Assembly: GCA_037443035.1 (NCBI GenBank)
Contig: JBBIPC010000004.1
Location: 89,602 to 153,601, forward strand
Length of the DNA stretch: 64,000 bases
Source: Chthonomonadales bacterium
GTDB lineage: Bacteria; Armatimonadota; Chthonomonadetes; Chthonomonadales; CAJBBX01
Direction: 5' to 3'
How positions within the stretch are numbered: the first letter of the stretch is position 1; every line of letters starts with the position of its first letter. Shown piece after piece: positions 51,912 to 61,374 of the stretch. Below the pieces are notes generated by a model that was given only the letters and a program-made list of their open reading frames with translations, had not been told where the DNA came from and made no database searches. The translations under genes were made by a program, and so were the position numbers.

Positions 51912-54900
51912 GTGTTATGCCTTTGCCTTGCGGCTCTGTTCGCACCGGCAGCGCCTACGCCCGATAGTAGCAGTAGCGCATGGAATCGTTTCCACGGCGC
52001 GCTCTTGGCAGACGGGGGCGTGGTACGCTGCCACTCGCAACCGATTATCGCAGACGGAAGGATCCGGTTTCCGGATGACCTCGGGACGGGCGCGGACCTC
52101 CTCGGAGCTACTCCGTCGTCAGGTGCTGGCGATACCGTCACGCTCGTCAAGGGCCGATGGGAAGGTCGACGCGCCGTCCGGCTCGATGCTCAACCCCTTA
52201 GAGCACCTGCGTGCGTGCAACCTGGGCAACCTTTCTCCGTTGAAATGTGGTTTCGGAAAAACGGGGCCGGCGTCCACCGAGGCAACGACAATGCCACGAA
52301 CGGGACACTCATCTCGGAGGGCAACGGGTACTGGGATGGATGGCGGATCACCACCAGCTACCCGGAGGGAACGTTTGGCTTCGAAATCGGTAGGCCCCAG
52401 CCTGCCCGCTCCGCAGGTCTCTTCGGCTGCGGTCCGCTGCCCGACGGCGTCTGGCATCATGTTGCGGCCACGTGGGACGGCAAGACCATGCGCCTCTACC
52501 TGAACGGCATCCTCGCCGGTTCGCACTCGTACTCTGGCGGCTACACACCAGGTGATGTACTGCGTGTCGGCTACGCAGACGCAGGCTGGGGTTCCGTGAA
52601 GCTCGACGTTGATTGCGTCATCCTCTGGCGCAGGGCGCTTTCCTCTGTCGAGGTGCTGCGATCTGCGTTGTACTACGTCAGTGTGCCGAACGAGCAGTCG
52701 AGCCGACTCGCGCGTGCCGGCGAGCTCCTGCACGGCGGCCGTCCGGCCGAGGCAGCTCGGCTGTGCGAAGCCGTCATCCAGACGCCGCGTGTCGCTGCCG
52801 ACGTTAGAGCACTCGCCATGATCTGCCTGGCGGATTGTCGCCGACGACTCAGCGACGTGGGTGGTGCCGCGAGAGCACTAGCCGTAGCGACCCAGAGTGG
52901 TGTGTCTTACCACCTGCGCCGTACGGCGCTCAGCCGATTGCTCGCCTTCGCTCCATCACCCCAGGACGTGCTGCCGGAACCCGCTCTACGAGCTTGGGAG
53001 AGGACTCCGCTGCTGGATCCTCGGGAACGCTGGACTCTGCGCTTGGCGCTGATGCGCCGCGCGATGGCGAGTGGGTCGGCCGCTACCACAAGCCGGCTTG
53101 TGACCCAGATGCTAGAGGACCCTGACATGGATGCTGCAGCGAAGTTCGAGATCCGGCTGATGCTCGCCCACGTGTACCGACGCAGCAAGCAGTACGTCAA
53201 GGCACGAAAGGAATACGAGGCTATTGCGGCCGACGAGCAGGCACCACCGGCATTCAGGCAGTACGCCCGAATGCTCGTACTCAGAACCCTCCTCCAGGCG
53301 GAGGAGACCGCTGAAGCCAGGCGCGTTTGCCAATCCATGCTAGCAGACGTGGAAGCGCCGCTGGCGTCCCGTTACGAGGCGCAACTGGCCCTCCAGCTCA
53401 TCCAGCATCGCAGGAAGAGCGCTGCCTCGCGGAGAGGCATCGCACTCGTCCCATTACGCACCACGACCGTCCGTACGGTGGCACCGAGGATCGAGATCCA
53501 CGTCGCTCCATCAGGCTCGGACCGCAACCCCGGCACACGCCAGAAACCATTGGCTTCGTGGCTCCGGGCCCTGGCGGTGATCCGCAGGCTGAAAGCCCAG
53601 GGTGCCCTGCCGAGAGGCGGTCTGGCGGTGACCTTCCATGCTGGTGTGTATCCCGTGTCCACGGCCGTTACTATTACCACCGCAGAGGCAGGCACATCCT
53701 CAGCGCCTGTCGTGTTCCGAGCCGCGCCCGGGGAGAAAGTCGTTTTTCGCGGCGGCGTACGTCTCCGTACGTTCCAGCCCGTACGGGACCCAGCGCTTCT
53801 GTCCAGAATCCGTCCCGACGTCCGCCAACACATCCTCGAACTGGATCTCCGAGCAGCAGGCATAACCGACCCCGGACGCCTCAGCCCGCGAGGCGTCGGA
53901 AGCGAGCCCAGACCGTGTCCCGAACTGTACTGGAACGGGCACCCACTGACGCTCGCTCGCTGGCCGGATGCCGGATGGGCCTCCACAGCACGCATTGTGC
54001 AGGAACGGAACGAGCATGGCGGCTTCACATTCGAATACGAAGGCGAGCGTCCATCGCACTGGGCTGGCGAGTCGAATGGCTGGTTGTTCGGCTACTTCGG
54101 CTGGCTCTGGGCGGACCATGGTGTCAAGCTGGCCTCTGTGGATACGACTTCGCATCAGCTCCTTACCGCACATCCCAGTAGTTACGCGCCAAGGCAGGGC
54201 ATGCCCTGGTTCGCCTACAACATCCTCGCTGAGCTCGACAGACCAGGCGAGTGGTACTACGATGAAGACAACAGCCGCATCCTCGTCTATCCACCCACCG
54301 ATCCATCGCGGGCCGTTGTCGAGTACCCCACGCTCGATACACCGTTCGTCATTGTGGAGGGTGCCAGTCACGTGCGCATGGAGGGATTGGTCTTCGATCT
54401 GGGACGGTGGAACGGCATCGAAGTGAGGAACTCATCCAACATCCTCATCGCGGGCTGCACCGTCCAGCGATTGCGCGGAACCGCCGTGGTTATCGATGGC
54501 GGACGCAACTGTGGCGTCTTCGGCTGTGAGTTGGCCACGCTTGGCAGGAACGGCACGTGGGTCCGCGGCGGCGACCGCAAGACGCTCCAGCCCGCTGGCC
54601 ACTTTGTCGAAAACTGCCACATCCATGATTTCTCGAGGTGGGATCGCACCTACACGCCTGCCGCGTACGTCGAGGGTGTCGGCATACGCATCGCGCACAA
54701 TCTTATCCACGACTCACCCGGTCATGCTATGCGGATCGAGGGCAATGACCACCTCATCGAGTTCAACGAAGTTCACCATGTCGTTACCGAGACGGATGAT
54801 CAGGGCGCCGTGGACATGTGGTTCAATCCGACGTACCGTGGTGTCGTCATACGCCACAACTTCTTCCATCATATTGGAGGTGGCGGCGACGACCGCATGC

Positions 54901-55469
54901 GTGCTGGCGTACGACTGGATGACGCCATCTGTGGCGTCCTCATCTACGGGAATGTGTTCTGGAAGGCGTCCCAGGGTCTGTTTGGGGGTGTGCAGATACA
55001 CGGCGGTAAGGAAAACGAAGTCGTGAACAACCTCTTCGTAGACTGCAAGTACGCCGTGAGCTTCTCACGCTGGGGTCCACAACGCTGGAACGAAACCATC
55101 CAGAGCGCTGCGGTCCGCAAGTTCACCACCGAGGACGTGGATATCACCAGTCCGCCCTACAGCACCCGCTATCCCGCACTCGCTCATCTATCGGAACGAC
55201 CAGACGTCAATCGGATATGGGGGAACATGGCGGTTGGCTGCGGTGACTTCCTGACGCGTGACGGGGGGTCTCAAGAGACAGTGGACAATCTCATCGCGTT
55301 AGACGATCCGGGCTTCGTTGATAGAAACCGAGGGTCGTTTGCCTTGCCCTTGGACTCTCCTGTATACGGCAGGTCAGGCTTCCTGCCGCTCCCCCTCTCC
55401 ATGATCGGCCGCTACCCCCATCCCTTGTCTGTACCGGCGAACAGAGAAGCATCCAGGAGATTACGATGA
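51912..55469 (+). CDS. Exported LamG + TPR-like + right-handed beta-helix protein
   Basis: GGAGG SD then GTG 51912 and signal peptide; FSVEMW..WHHVAATWDG..LYLNG (LamG); HVAPSGSDRNPGT, LARWP, ELDRPGEWY and beta-helix repeats. Confidence 0.8.
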   Translation: MLCLCLAALFAPAAPTPDSSSSAWNRFHGALLADGGVVRCHSQPIIADGRIRFPDDLGTGADLLGATPSSGAGDTVTLVKGRWEGRRAVRLDAQPLRAPACVQPGQPFSVEMWFRKNGAGVHRGNDNATNGTLISEGNGYWDGWRITTSYPEGTFGFEIGRPQPARSAGLFGCGPLPDGVWHHVAATWDGKTMRLYLNGILAGSHSYSGGYTPGDVLRVGYADAGWGSVKLDVDCVILWRRALSSVEVLRSALYYVSVPNEQSSRLARAGELLHGGRPAEAARLCEAVIQTPRVAADVRALAMICLADCRRRLSDVGGAARALAVATQSGVSYHLRRTALSRLLAFAPSPQDVLPEPALRAWERTPLLDPRERWTLRLALMRRAMASGSAATTSRLVTQMLEDPDMDAAAKFEIRLMLAHVYRRSKQYVKARKEYEAIAADEQAPPAFRQYARMLVLRTLLQAEETAEARRVCQSMLADVEAPLASRYEAQLALQLIQHRRKSAASRRGIALVPLRTTTVRTVAPRIEIHVAPSGSDRNPGTRQKPLASWLRALAVIRRLKAQGALPRGGLAVTFHAGVYPVSTAVTITTAEAGTSSAPVVFRAAPGEKVVFRGGVRLRTFQPVRDPALLSRIRPDVRQHILELDLRAAGITDPGRLSPRGVGSEPRPCPELYWNGHPLTLARWPDAGWASTARIVQERNEHGGFTFEYEGERPSHWAGESNGWLFGYFGWLWADHGVKLASVDTTSHQLLTAHPSSYAPRQGMPWFAYNILAELDRPGEWYYDEDNSRILVYPPTDPSRAVVEYPTLDTPFVIVEGASHVRMEGLVFDLGRWNGIEVRNSSNILIAGCTVQRLRGTAVVIDGGRNCGVFGCELATLGRNGTWVRGGDRKTLQPAGHFVENCHIHDFSRWDRTYTPAAYVEGVGIRIAHNLIHDSPGHAMRIEGNDHLIEFNEVHHVVTETDDQGAVDMWFNPTYRGVVIRHNFFHHIGGGGDDRMRAGVRLDDAICGVLIYGNVFWKASQGLFGGVQIHGGKENEVVNNLFVDCKYAVSFSRWGPQRWNETIQSAAVRKFTTEDVDITSPPYSTRYPALAHLSERPDVNRIWGNMAVGCGDFLTRDGGSQETVDNLIALDDPGFVDRNRGSFALPLDSPVYGRSGFLPLPLSMIGRYPHPLSVPANREASRRLR

Positions 55470-57175
55470 ATCCACCACCGCCTCCTCCGCCCATCTACAC
55501 CTACACCATCGCCCAGGATGGAACTGCACGCTCGTACGACGAGGCCCTGGCGGTGGCATGTCTGCAGGGTCTCATCAACCGTCGGGCCCCAGTCCTCTAC
55601 GTGCTCTCACGTGCGAACAGCCGCCCGCAATACTGGCTCGACCGCTTTACCCAACCCGGTCAGTGGCTTCACGGGCGGCCCATCGTGCCCCTCTCCGACT
55701 TGGACGCCATTATCAAACTGGCCGGCAAGCGCGTCAAAGGCGCCATCATCTGGGATCCCGGCGTCCCCGCAACGGTGAATGCAGCGACAACGATGGCAGG
55801 CATCATGGACGCCGTGGTGCTCTCTCCGGAGATGTCCGAAGAACACCTACAAAGCTGGAACCTGCCCGTGCTTGCCGATCTTCGCAGCAAGTTCAGTGGC
55901 AGAGAGACCGGCAGCGCCAAGAACGACGTGGTGCGCTGGTCCATCCGAGAGCACCTTGCCAGAGGACGGTGTTCCTCTCGCCTCCTCTGCCTGTACGAGG
56001 ACTCGTTCTCCACACGCCCCCGTGGTGACATCGGCTATGTCGTGACGCGAGACTGGGCGGTCAAGAACCGCGCTTTCACCTTCGATCTCTCGCCGTGGGG
56101 TGACGAGAAGCCAGGAGACGATCCGGATCAGCAGCTTGGCACGGACCTCGCGACCTACAAGATGGTACTCGAAGAGACGCTTCGGCAGTCGGGTGGCGAA
56201 CACATGACGGAGCTGGCGGGGTTCTTCGCTTTCGCCAAGTACAGCAATGTCCCTGGCCATGCGAGCCGCCATGACCCAGTGCCCACAGAATGGGAGACCG
56301 TGTGGCTCATCTCTCCCTACAACGTCTACCAGAACACCGTCGCAAGCGACTGCTTCAACCAGTCCTTCCACTGTCACGCGCCACGGAAACCGCTACACCA
56401 GAAACGGCCGGAGCCCACTAGGATGCTCGAGCGGAAGAACTACGTATGCATCCTCATGGCAGACTACGACTCGGCAACGCCCCTTTACGACTTCCTGCCG
56501 AACCACTGGGACGACCCGCAACGTGGCTCGTTGCCTCTTTGCTGGGGGATCGATCCCAACCTGGTGGAGACGTATCCCGACATCATACGATATGTCTACG
56601 AAACAGCGAGCGCTAAGGACTTCTTTGGTGCTGATGCCAGCGCCGCAGGTTACATGAACCCCAACCGCGTGCGTCCGGAGTACTTGCCCTTGTTCATCCG
56701 GCACAACCGCAGATTCTATCGCGAGGCGGACATGTCGCTCTCCCCCATGGTACTAGACTGGGATCAGCCGACGCCCGCGGTCAAGGATGCCTTCTCCCGA
56801 TTCTCGCCAGATGGCTTCGCGACCATCGTCATGGATCTCCACGGCACAGGAGGCCGGTTGCCCGAACCGCAAGTGTGGAAAGGAATGCCCATCACGGAGT
56901 TGATCAACGAGGCATGCAATTTCGCCGGCGTGGAACGAACCGCGGAGATCATGGACGCCGCCATGACACGGCGCGGTACCGAGCCACCAAGCTTCCACTT
57001 CTTCCGGATCGTCTGGACCTCGCCTTCCCAGGTTGCTGCAACCCTCGACGCGCTCAGGCGCCGTCGTCCGGACTTGAAGATCGAGGTTGTTGACCCTTAT
57101 ACCTTCTTCCGCCTCCTGAAGCAGCATCTGTTGGCGACAGCTGCTACGAACGCTCCGCGAGTGCGTCGGCGCTGA
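55466..57175 (+). CDS. GxGYxYP-family putative glycoside hydrolase
   Basis: CLQGLINRRAPVLY, GAIIWDP..TVNAATTMAG, SAAGYMNP. Confidence 0.7.
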   Translation: MNPPPPPPPIYTYTIAQDGTARSYDEALAVACLQGLINRRAPVLYVLSRANSRPQYWLDRFTQPGQWLHGRPIVPLSDLDAIIKLAGKRVKGAIIWDPGVPATVNAATTMAGIMDAVVLSPEMSEEHLQSWNLPVLADLRSKFSGRETGSAKNDVVRWSIREHLARGRCSSRLLCLYEDSFSTRPRGDIGYVVTRDWAVKNRAFTFDLSPWGDEKPGDDPDQQLGTDLATYKMVLEETLRQSGGEHMTELAGFFAFAKYSNVPGHASRHDPVPTEWETVWLISPYNVYQNTVASDCFNQSFHCHAPRKPLHQKRPEPTRMLERKNYVCILMADYDSATPLYDFLPNHWDDPQRGSLPLCWGIDPNLVETYPDIIRYVYETASAKDFFGADASAAGYMNPNRVRPEYLPLFIRHNRRFYREADMSLSPMVLDWDQPTPAVKDAFSRFSPDGFATIVMDLHGTGGRLPEPQVWKGMPITELINEACNFAGVERTAEIMDAAMTRRGTEPPSFHFFRIVWTSPSQVAATLDALRRRRPDLKIEVVDPYTFFRLLKQHLLATAATNAPRVRRR

Positions 57176-57275
57176 GGCGTGACCTTCCTCTAGCCCTGAG
57201 CAGGACAATCGACAAGCAGATCGCGAGTACCGGCGGGGTACAATCGCCCATTCCCTCATGGACGGAGTGAGAGCT

Positions 57276-58412
57276 ATGCGACTGGAGACGCTCGCCATAC
57301 ATGCTGGCCAGGAGCCCGACCCAGCCTACGGTGCCGTCATGCCGCCGATATACCAGACTTCCACGTTTGCATTCCCGGACGTGGGACAGCCCGGGGAGTT
57401 CGATTACACGCGCTCTGGGAATCCGACGCGCAAAGCACTGGAGGAATGTCTGGCCGCCCTGGAAGGAGGTTCCCACGCTTTCGCGTTTGCGTCGGGAATG
57501 GCCGCCATCTCGACGGCTCTTGCACTCCTCAGCAAGGGCGACCACGTTCTGGTTCACAACGACCTCTACGGCGGCACATACCGTTACCTGACCTGTGTCA
57601 GTGTTCGGCACGGAATAGAAGTCACTTTCGTCAATATGCGAGACCTCGACGCGGTTCGCAGCGCCATGCGGCCCGAGACACGGTTGGTGTGGACCGAGAC
57701 ACCGACGAATCCGCTCATGAACCTTCAGGACCTTCGAGCCATAGCTGACATCGCGAAGGCTGCTGGCGCCCTGACTATTACGGATAACACGTTCGCCTCG
57801 CCTTACAACCAGCGGCCGCTCGATCTGGGCGTCGATCTCTCGCTTCACTCCATGACGAAGTACCTCAACGGCCACTCGGACGTCATCGCCGGCGCTCTAG
57901 TCGTCAGGGACGACGTTCTGGCCGAGCGCATCCGATTCTTGCAGAACGCCATGGGTACTGCGTTGTCGCCCTTCGACAGCTTCCTCGTCCTCCGTGGGCT
58001 CAAGACCTTCCCCGTCCGCATGCAGGTCCACAACACCAACGCCCTGACGATCGCCAAGTGGCTTGATGAGCAGCCACAGGTCTCCGAAGTGCTGCATCCG
58101 TTCCTCGAGCATCACCCGCAACACCAACTGGCGCGGAGCCAGATGCATGGGTGCGGCGGCACCTTCGCCTTTCGGATGGCGGGAGGAGGCCCGGCTGCGG
58201 TCCGCCTTCTGAAGCGAGTGCGCATCTTCACTCTGGCGGAATCTCTGGGCGGCGTGGAGTCACTCATCGAACACCCGTTCACGATGACACATGTATCCAT
58301 TCCCGAGGATGTTCGCCGAAACATGGGTATCACCGAGGATCTGATTCGCATTAGCGTCGGCATCGAACACGTGGAGGACCTCATCGAGGACTTAGCCCAA
58401 GCCATGGCATAG
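57276..58412 (+). CDS. Cystathionine gamma-synthase/gamma-lyase (Cys/Met metabolism PLP enzyme)
   Basis: PPIYQTSTF, YTRSGNPTR, DNTFASP, HSMTKYLNGHSD, LAESLGGVESL. Confidence 0.92.
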   Translation: MRLETLAIHAGQEPDPAYGAVMPPIYQTSTFAFPDVGQPGEFDYTRSGNPTRKALEECLAALEGGSHAFAFASGMAAISTALALLSKGDHVLVHNDLYGGTYRYLTCVSVRHGIEVTFVNMRDLDAVRSAMRPETRLVWTETPTNPLMNLQDLRAIADIAKAAGALTITDNTFASPYNQRPLDLGVDLSLHSMTKYLNGHSDVIAGALVVRDDVLAERIRFLQNAMGTALSPFDSFLVLRGLKTFPVRMQVHNTNALTIAKWLDEQPQVSEVLHPFLEHHPQHQLARSQMHGCGGTFAFRMAGGGPAAVRLLKRVRIFTLAESLGGVESLIEHPFTMTHVSIPEDVRRNMGITEDLIRISVGIEHVEDLIEDLAQAMA

Positions 58413-58437
58413 TCTCTTTCCTACACTGATAAGAGAC

Positions 58438-58467
58438 TTGACATGGTGTATCGGAAGGCGCTAGACT
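58438..58467 (+). promoter_or_regulatory. Promoter of the riboswitch-controlled operon
   Basis: TTGACA, 18 bp spacer, TAGACT; preceded by an inverted repeat AGTCTCTT/AAGAGACT (58411-58438). Confidence 0.6.
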
Positions 58468-58477
58468 GATTACTACA

Positions 58478-58606
58478 ATCGAATACGGTGCAGGGACCGT
58501 GCGCAGTTAGTCGCACGGTCTGGGGGAAGTCCGGTGTGAGGCCGGCGCAGTCCCGCTACGGTATGTGCCTTCGATGAGGCATGAGCCCGAATGCCCACCT
58601 GCATCG
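58478..58606 (+). ncRNA. Cobalamin riboswitch
   Basis: P1 GGTGCAGG/CCTGCATC, GGGAAGTCCGGTG..GCCGGCGCAGTCCCGCTACGGT core, B12-box GAGCCCGAATGCCC; BtuF-like genes downstream. Confidence 0.88.
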
Positions 58607-58781
58607 CGTCACGCAAGCCCTTCGCGAGAAAGGGTGTGATGCAGCCTCGTTCCTACCGGTTACCGGCTTAGCACCAGGAGGTAGCAGACACACCATCCGC
58701 CAAGGATGGTGTTCTTGTTACAGGGGCGCAACAGACTTCCTCTCGCGATGGTGCGCAACCCACAAGGAGGGGTCCAGAGAA

Positions 58782-59549
58782 ATGCGCTCCATCAACACAC
58801 TGGTAAGGCCGCCGGAGACGCGGCACGGTTTCACGCTCATCGAGCTGCTCGTCGTCATCGCGATCATCGCCATACTGGCGGCGATACTGTTCCCTGTGTT
58901 CTCTCAAGCCCGGGAGAAGGCGCGCCAGGCGTCCTGTTCCTCGAACCTGAAGCAGCTCGGCCTGGCCACGCTCATGTACCTTCAGGATTACGACGAGACC
59001 TACCCGCTCTACCAATACGCCGACTGCCAGGGTTTCGTCTGCTATCAGTACTGGTTTGGGCTGCGCGTAGGAACAACGTGGGACAAGACACGTGGCCTTT
59101 TGTACCCATATATGAAGAACCATCAGATCCAGAAGTGTCCTAGTTTCTCCGCGGTGCCGCGCCTTGGTGACGGCAACGGTTACGGCTACAACTGGGGATA
59201 TCTCGGTTCCGACTACTACATCAGCTTCAACTGGCCTCCGCTGAATCCGGCATCGGAAGCGTCGCTGTCCAGCCCGGCCTCCAAGATTCTTTTCGCCGAC
59301 GCAGGTTTCGTCAACGTGCCCTGGTACGGTGGGAACGGAGAGCTAATCGAGACACCCGGCATCGATCCTCCGTCCATGTGGTGGGGTAACCCAACGGTGG
59401 ATTTCCGTCACGTAGATAACCGAAAGACTATTGACAGCGCCACCTTCACCGTGACCCATCATGGTCTTGCCAACGCAACATTCGCCGATGGTCACGTGAA
59501 GGCCCTGAAGCAGTCGGCCGTCACTGACGAGATGTTCACCCGCAACTGA
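58782..59549 (+). CDS. DUF1559 prepilin-type protein 4 (B12-regulated)
   Basis: [17 protein letters not shown]..., LYPYMKN..CPS, H-X9-DG ([13 protein letters not shown]). Confidence 0.92.
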   Translation: MRSINTLVRPPETRHGFTLIELLVVIAIIAILAAILFPVFSQAREKARQASCSSNLKQLGLATLMYLQDYDETYPLYQYADCQGFVCYQYWFGLRVGTTWDKTRGLLYPYMKNHQIQKCPSFSAVPRLGDGNGYGYNWGYLGSDYYISFNWPPLNPASEASLSSPASKILFADAGFVNVPWYGGNGELIETPGIDPPSMWWGNPTVDFRHVDNRKTIDSATFTVTHHGLANATFADGHVKALKQSAVTDEMFTRN

Positions 59550-59550
59550 G

Positions 59551-60387
59551 ATGACGCCATCGGTTCGCGTGTTCTGCGATGCGCTGGGCGGAACGGTGGA
59601 AATACCTACGCGTCCCCGGCGCATCGTGAGCTTCGTCTCGGGTCTCACGGAAGCCATCTGCGTCATGGGCTTCGCCGAACGGCTTGCTGGCGTCAGCGCC
59701 TACTGCCATCGTTACGTGCCCGAGCTGTCGGCACCCGTCGTCGGTGACTACCTAACGGCAGATGAGGTTGCGCTGGAGTCGATTCAACCAGACCTGGTAT
59801 TGGTGACAACCGGCGTCCAGCGCAGCCTCGGCAGGCGTCTGCGGAGCGTCGGTCTGCCTGTTTTCGCATTTCCGCTGCCTTCCACGCTGTACGGTATCCT
59901 CGAGAATGTCGTCTTGCTTGGTGGTCTGCTAGGTGAGCCTGATGCGGCTCGAGATCTGACGAGGCGGTGGTTGCGGCAGCTCGACGATGTGCGCCATCAG
60001 GCGACCGGTCGGGAGCTTCGCGTCTACCCCGAGTTGTGGTTCGGCCCGCACGTACGTATTCCAGGGGGCCTCTCGTTCATTAGTGATATCATCCACTACG
60101 CGGGTGGCACGAATGTGTACGGCTCGGTACCGACTGCCTACCTCAAGCTCGACACCGAGGACGTTCCTTGGCGGGCCCCAGACGTGTGGCTCCTTTTCTC
60201 GGAGCCTGAGTATCCCGTGGATGCCGATCTTCTCCGTGCGCAACGAGGCTGGGACACACGCCTGCCGACCATGCGCCTGATACAGGCTTCCGTACGGCCT
60301 GCTCAGAATGTTATTCATGATGGGCCGTCCATGATGCAGGCGGTCCAGTGGCTTTCCGCATGCCTCGCCGGAGGTGAGCTCCAATGA
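59551..60387 (+). CDS. BtuF-like cobalamin-binding protein without an evident signal peptide
   Basis: PRRIVSFVSGLTEAIC, GVSAYC, QPDLV, AGGTNV, DGPS. Confidence 0.8.
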   Translation: MTPSVRVFCDALGGTVEIPTRPRRIVSFVSGLTEAICVMGFAERLAGVSAYCHRYVPELSAPVVGDYLTADEVALESIQPDLVLVTTGVQRSLGRRLRSVGLPVFAFPLPSTLYGILENVVLLGGLLGEPDAARDLTRRWLRQLDDVRHQATGRELRVYPELWFGPHVRIPGGLSFISDIIHYAGGTNVYGSVPTAYLKLDTEDVPWRAPDVWLLFSEPEYPVDADLLRAQRGWDTRLPTMRLIQASVRPAQNVIHDGPSMMQAVQWLSACLAGGELQ

Positions 60388-61265
60388 GCGGTCTGATCGC
60401 TGTACAGCGTGGGTCTGTCGCAGCGGTGTTGCTCGCCGTCAGCGCCGCGGCGTCCGCGACTCCCCTCTCGGCCGTGGATGGAAGAGACGTCCGCGTCACT
60501 CTGCCCGGACCACCCAAGCGCATCGTCTCGCTGTCTCCGGCAGTTACGGAGACCCTCTTTGCCATTGGTGCAGGACGTCGCGTGGTCGGAGTGACGAAAT
60601 ACTGCGACTATCCGGCCGAAGCGCGGCGCCTGCCTAAGATCGGCGACTACAACACGAGCATCGAGAAAGTCATGGCCATACATCCCGACCTGATCGTCGC
60701 CGATGTGGAAGCCAACCGACGCGCCATCGCAGATCTGACTAGGCAAACCAGCTTGAAGGGGAAAGTGTTCGCATTGCGGCAGAGAAGCTTCGCCGAGCTG
60801 TTCAGCGCTATAGGAAGTCTCGGCCGCATAACGGGTTGTGAACCTGGCGCAGTCAGCGTGGTCAATCGTATTCGTGGCACGTTGCTTGCCGTCAAGCAAC
60901 GCGTCCAACGAGCACGCACCGAGCCGCGCGTACTGTTCGTTGTGCAGACGCAACCTCTCTGGGTGGCCGGCGGCAGCACGTTTATCAGCGAGATGATCGA
61001 GGCGGCAGGAGGGATGAACATAGGTCGCAAAGCCGGCAGTGGGTTCCGATCGCTGGGTATCGAACAGCTCATCGCCCTCGATCCGGAGGTCATCCTGACA
61101 ACCCACGCTTCGCCCGAAGAACTCCAGCACCGGCCGGGCTGGGCGGCGGTGACAGCTGTGCGGACCCGGCGGGTCTACGTCGTCGGCTTCGAAGCCGTGC
61201 GCCCATGTCCACGCCTGGGCGAAGCTGTGCGCCGGATCGCTGCTCTGCTACATCCGGAGCGTTGA
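60384..61265 (+). CDS. btuF: BtuF-like periplasmic cobalamin-binding protein
   Basis: Signal peptide (ASA-T), RIVSLSPAVTETLFAIGAG..VVGVTKYCDYP, TFISEMIEAAGGMNI, RPCPRL. Confidence 0.85.
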   Translation: MSGLIAVQRGSVAAVLLAVSAAASATPLSAVDGRDVRVTLPGPPKRIVSLSPAVTETLFAIGAGRRVVGVTKYCDYPAEARRLPKIGDYNTSIEKVMAIHPDLIVADVEANRRAIADLTRQTSLKGKVFALRQRSFAELFSAIGSLGRITGCEPGAVSVVNRIRGTLLAVKQRVQRARTEPRVLFVVQTQPLWVAGGSTFISEMIEAAGGMNIGRKAGSGFRSLGIEQLIALDPEVILTTHASPEELQHRPGWAAVTAVRTRRVYVVGFEAVRPCPRLGEAVRRIAALLHPER

Positions 61266-61328
61266 GCCTCGTTTCCGGCATCAGGCATTCCGTCCGCCAG
61301 AGGGCCGTGGTTCGCGAGCAGGGGTCCG

Positions 61329-61337
61329 TGCTACAAT
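61329..61337 (+). promoter_or_regulatory. Extended -10 promoter of the aldolase operon
   Basis: TG-C-TACAAT. Confidence 0.5.
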
Positions 61338-61374
61338 AGGTTGTTGTAGCGAACGCACCGAGGTGGCCTATCCC

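Noticed and set aside
58581..58781. N-terminal extension of DUF1559 protein 4
   Set aside because: This is riboswitch leader; the SD supports ATG 58782
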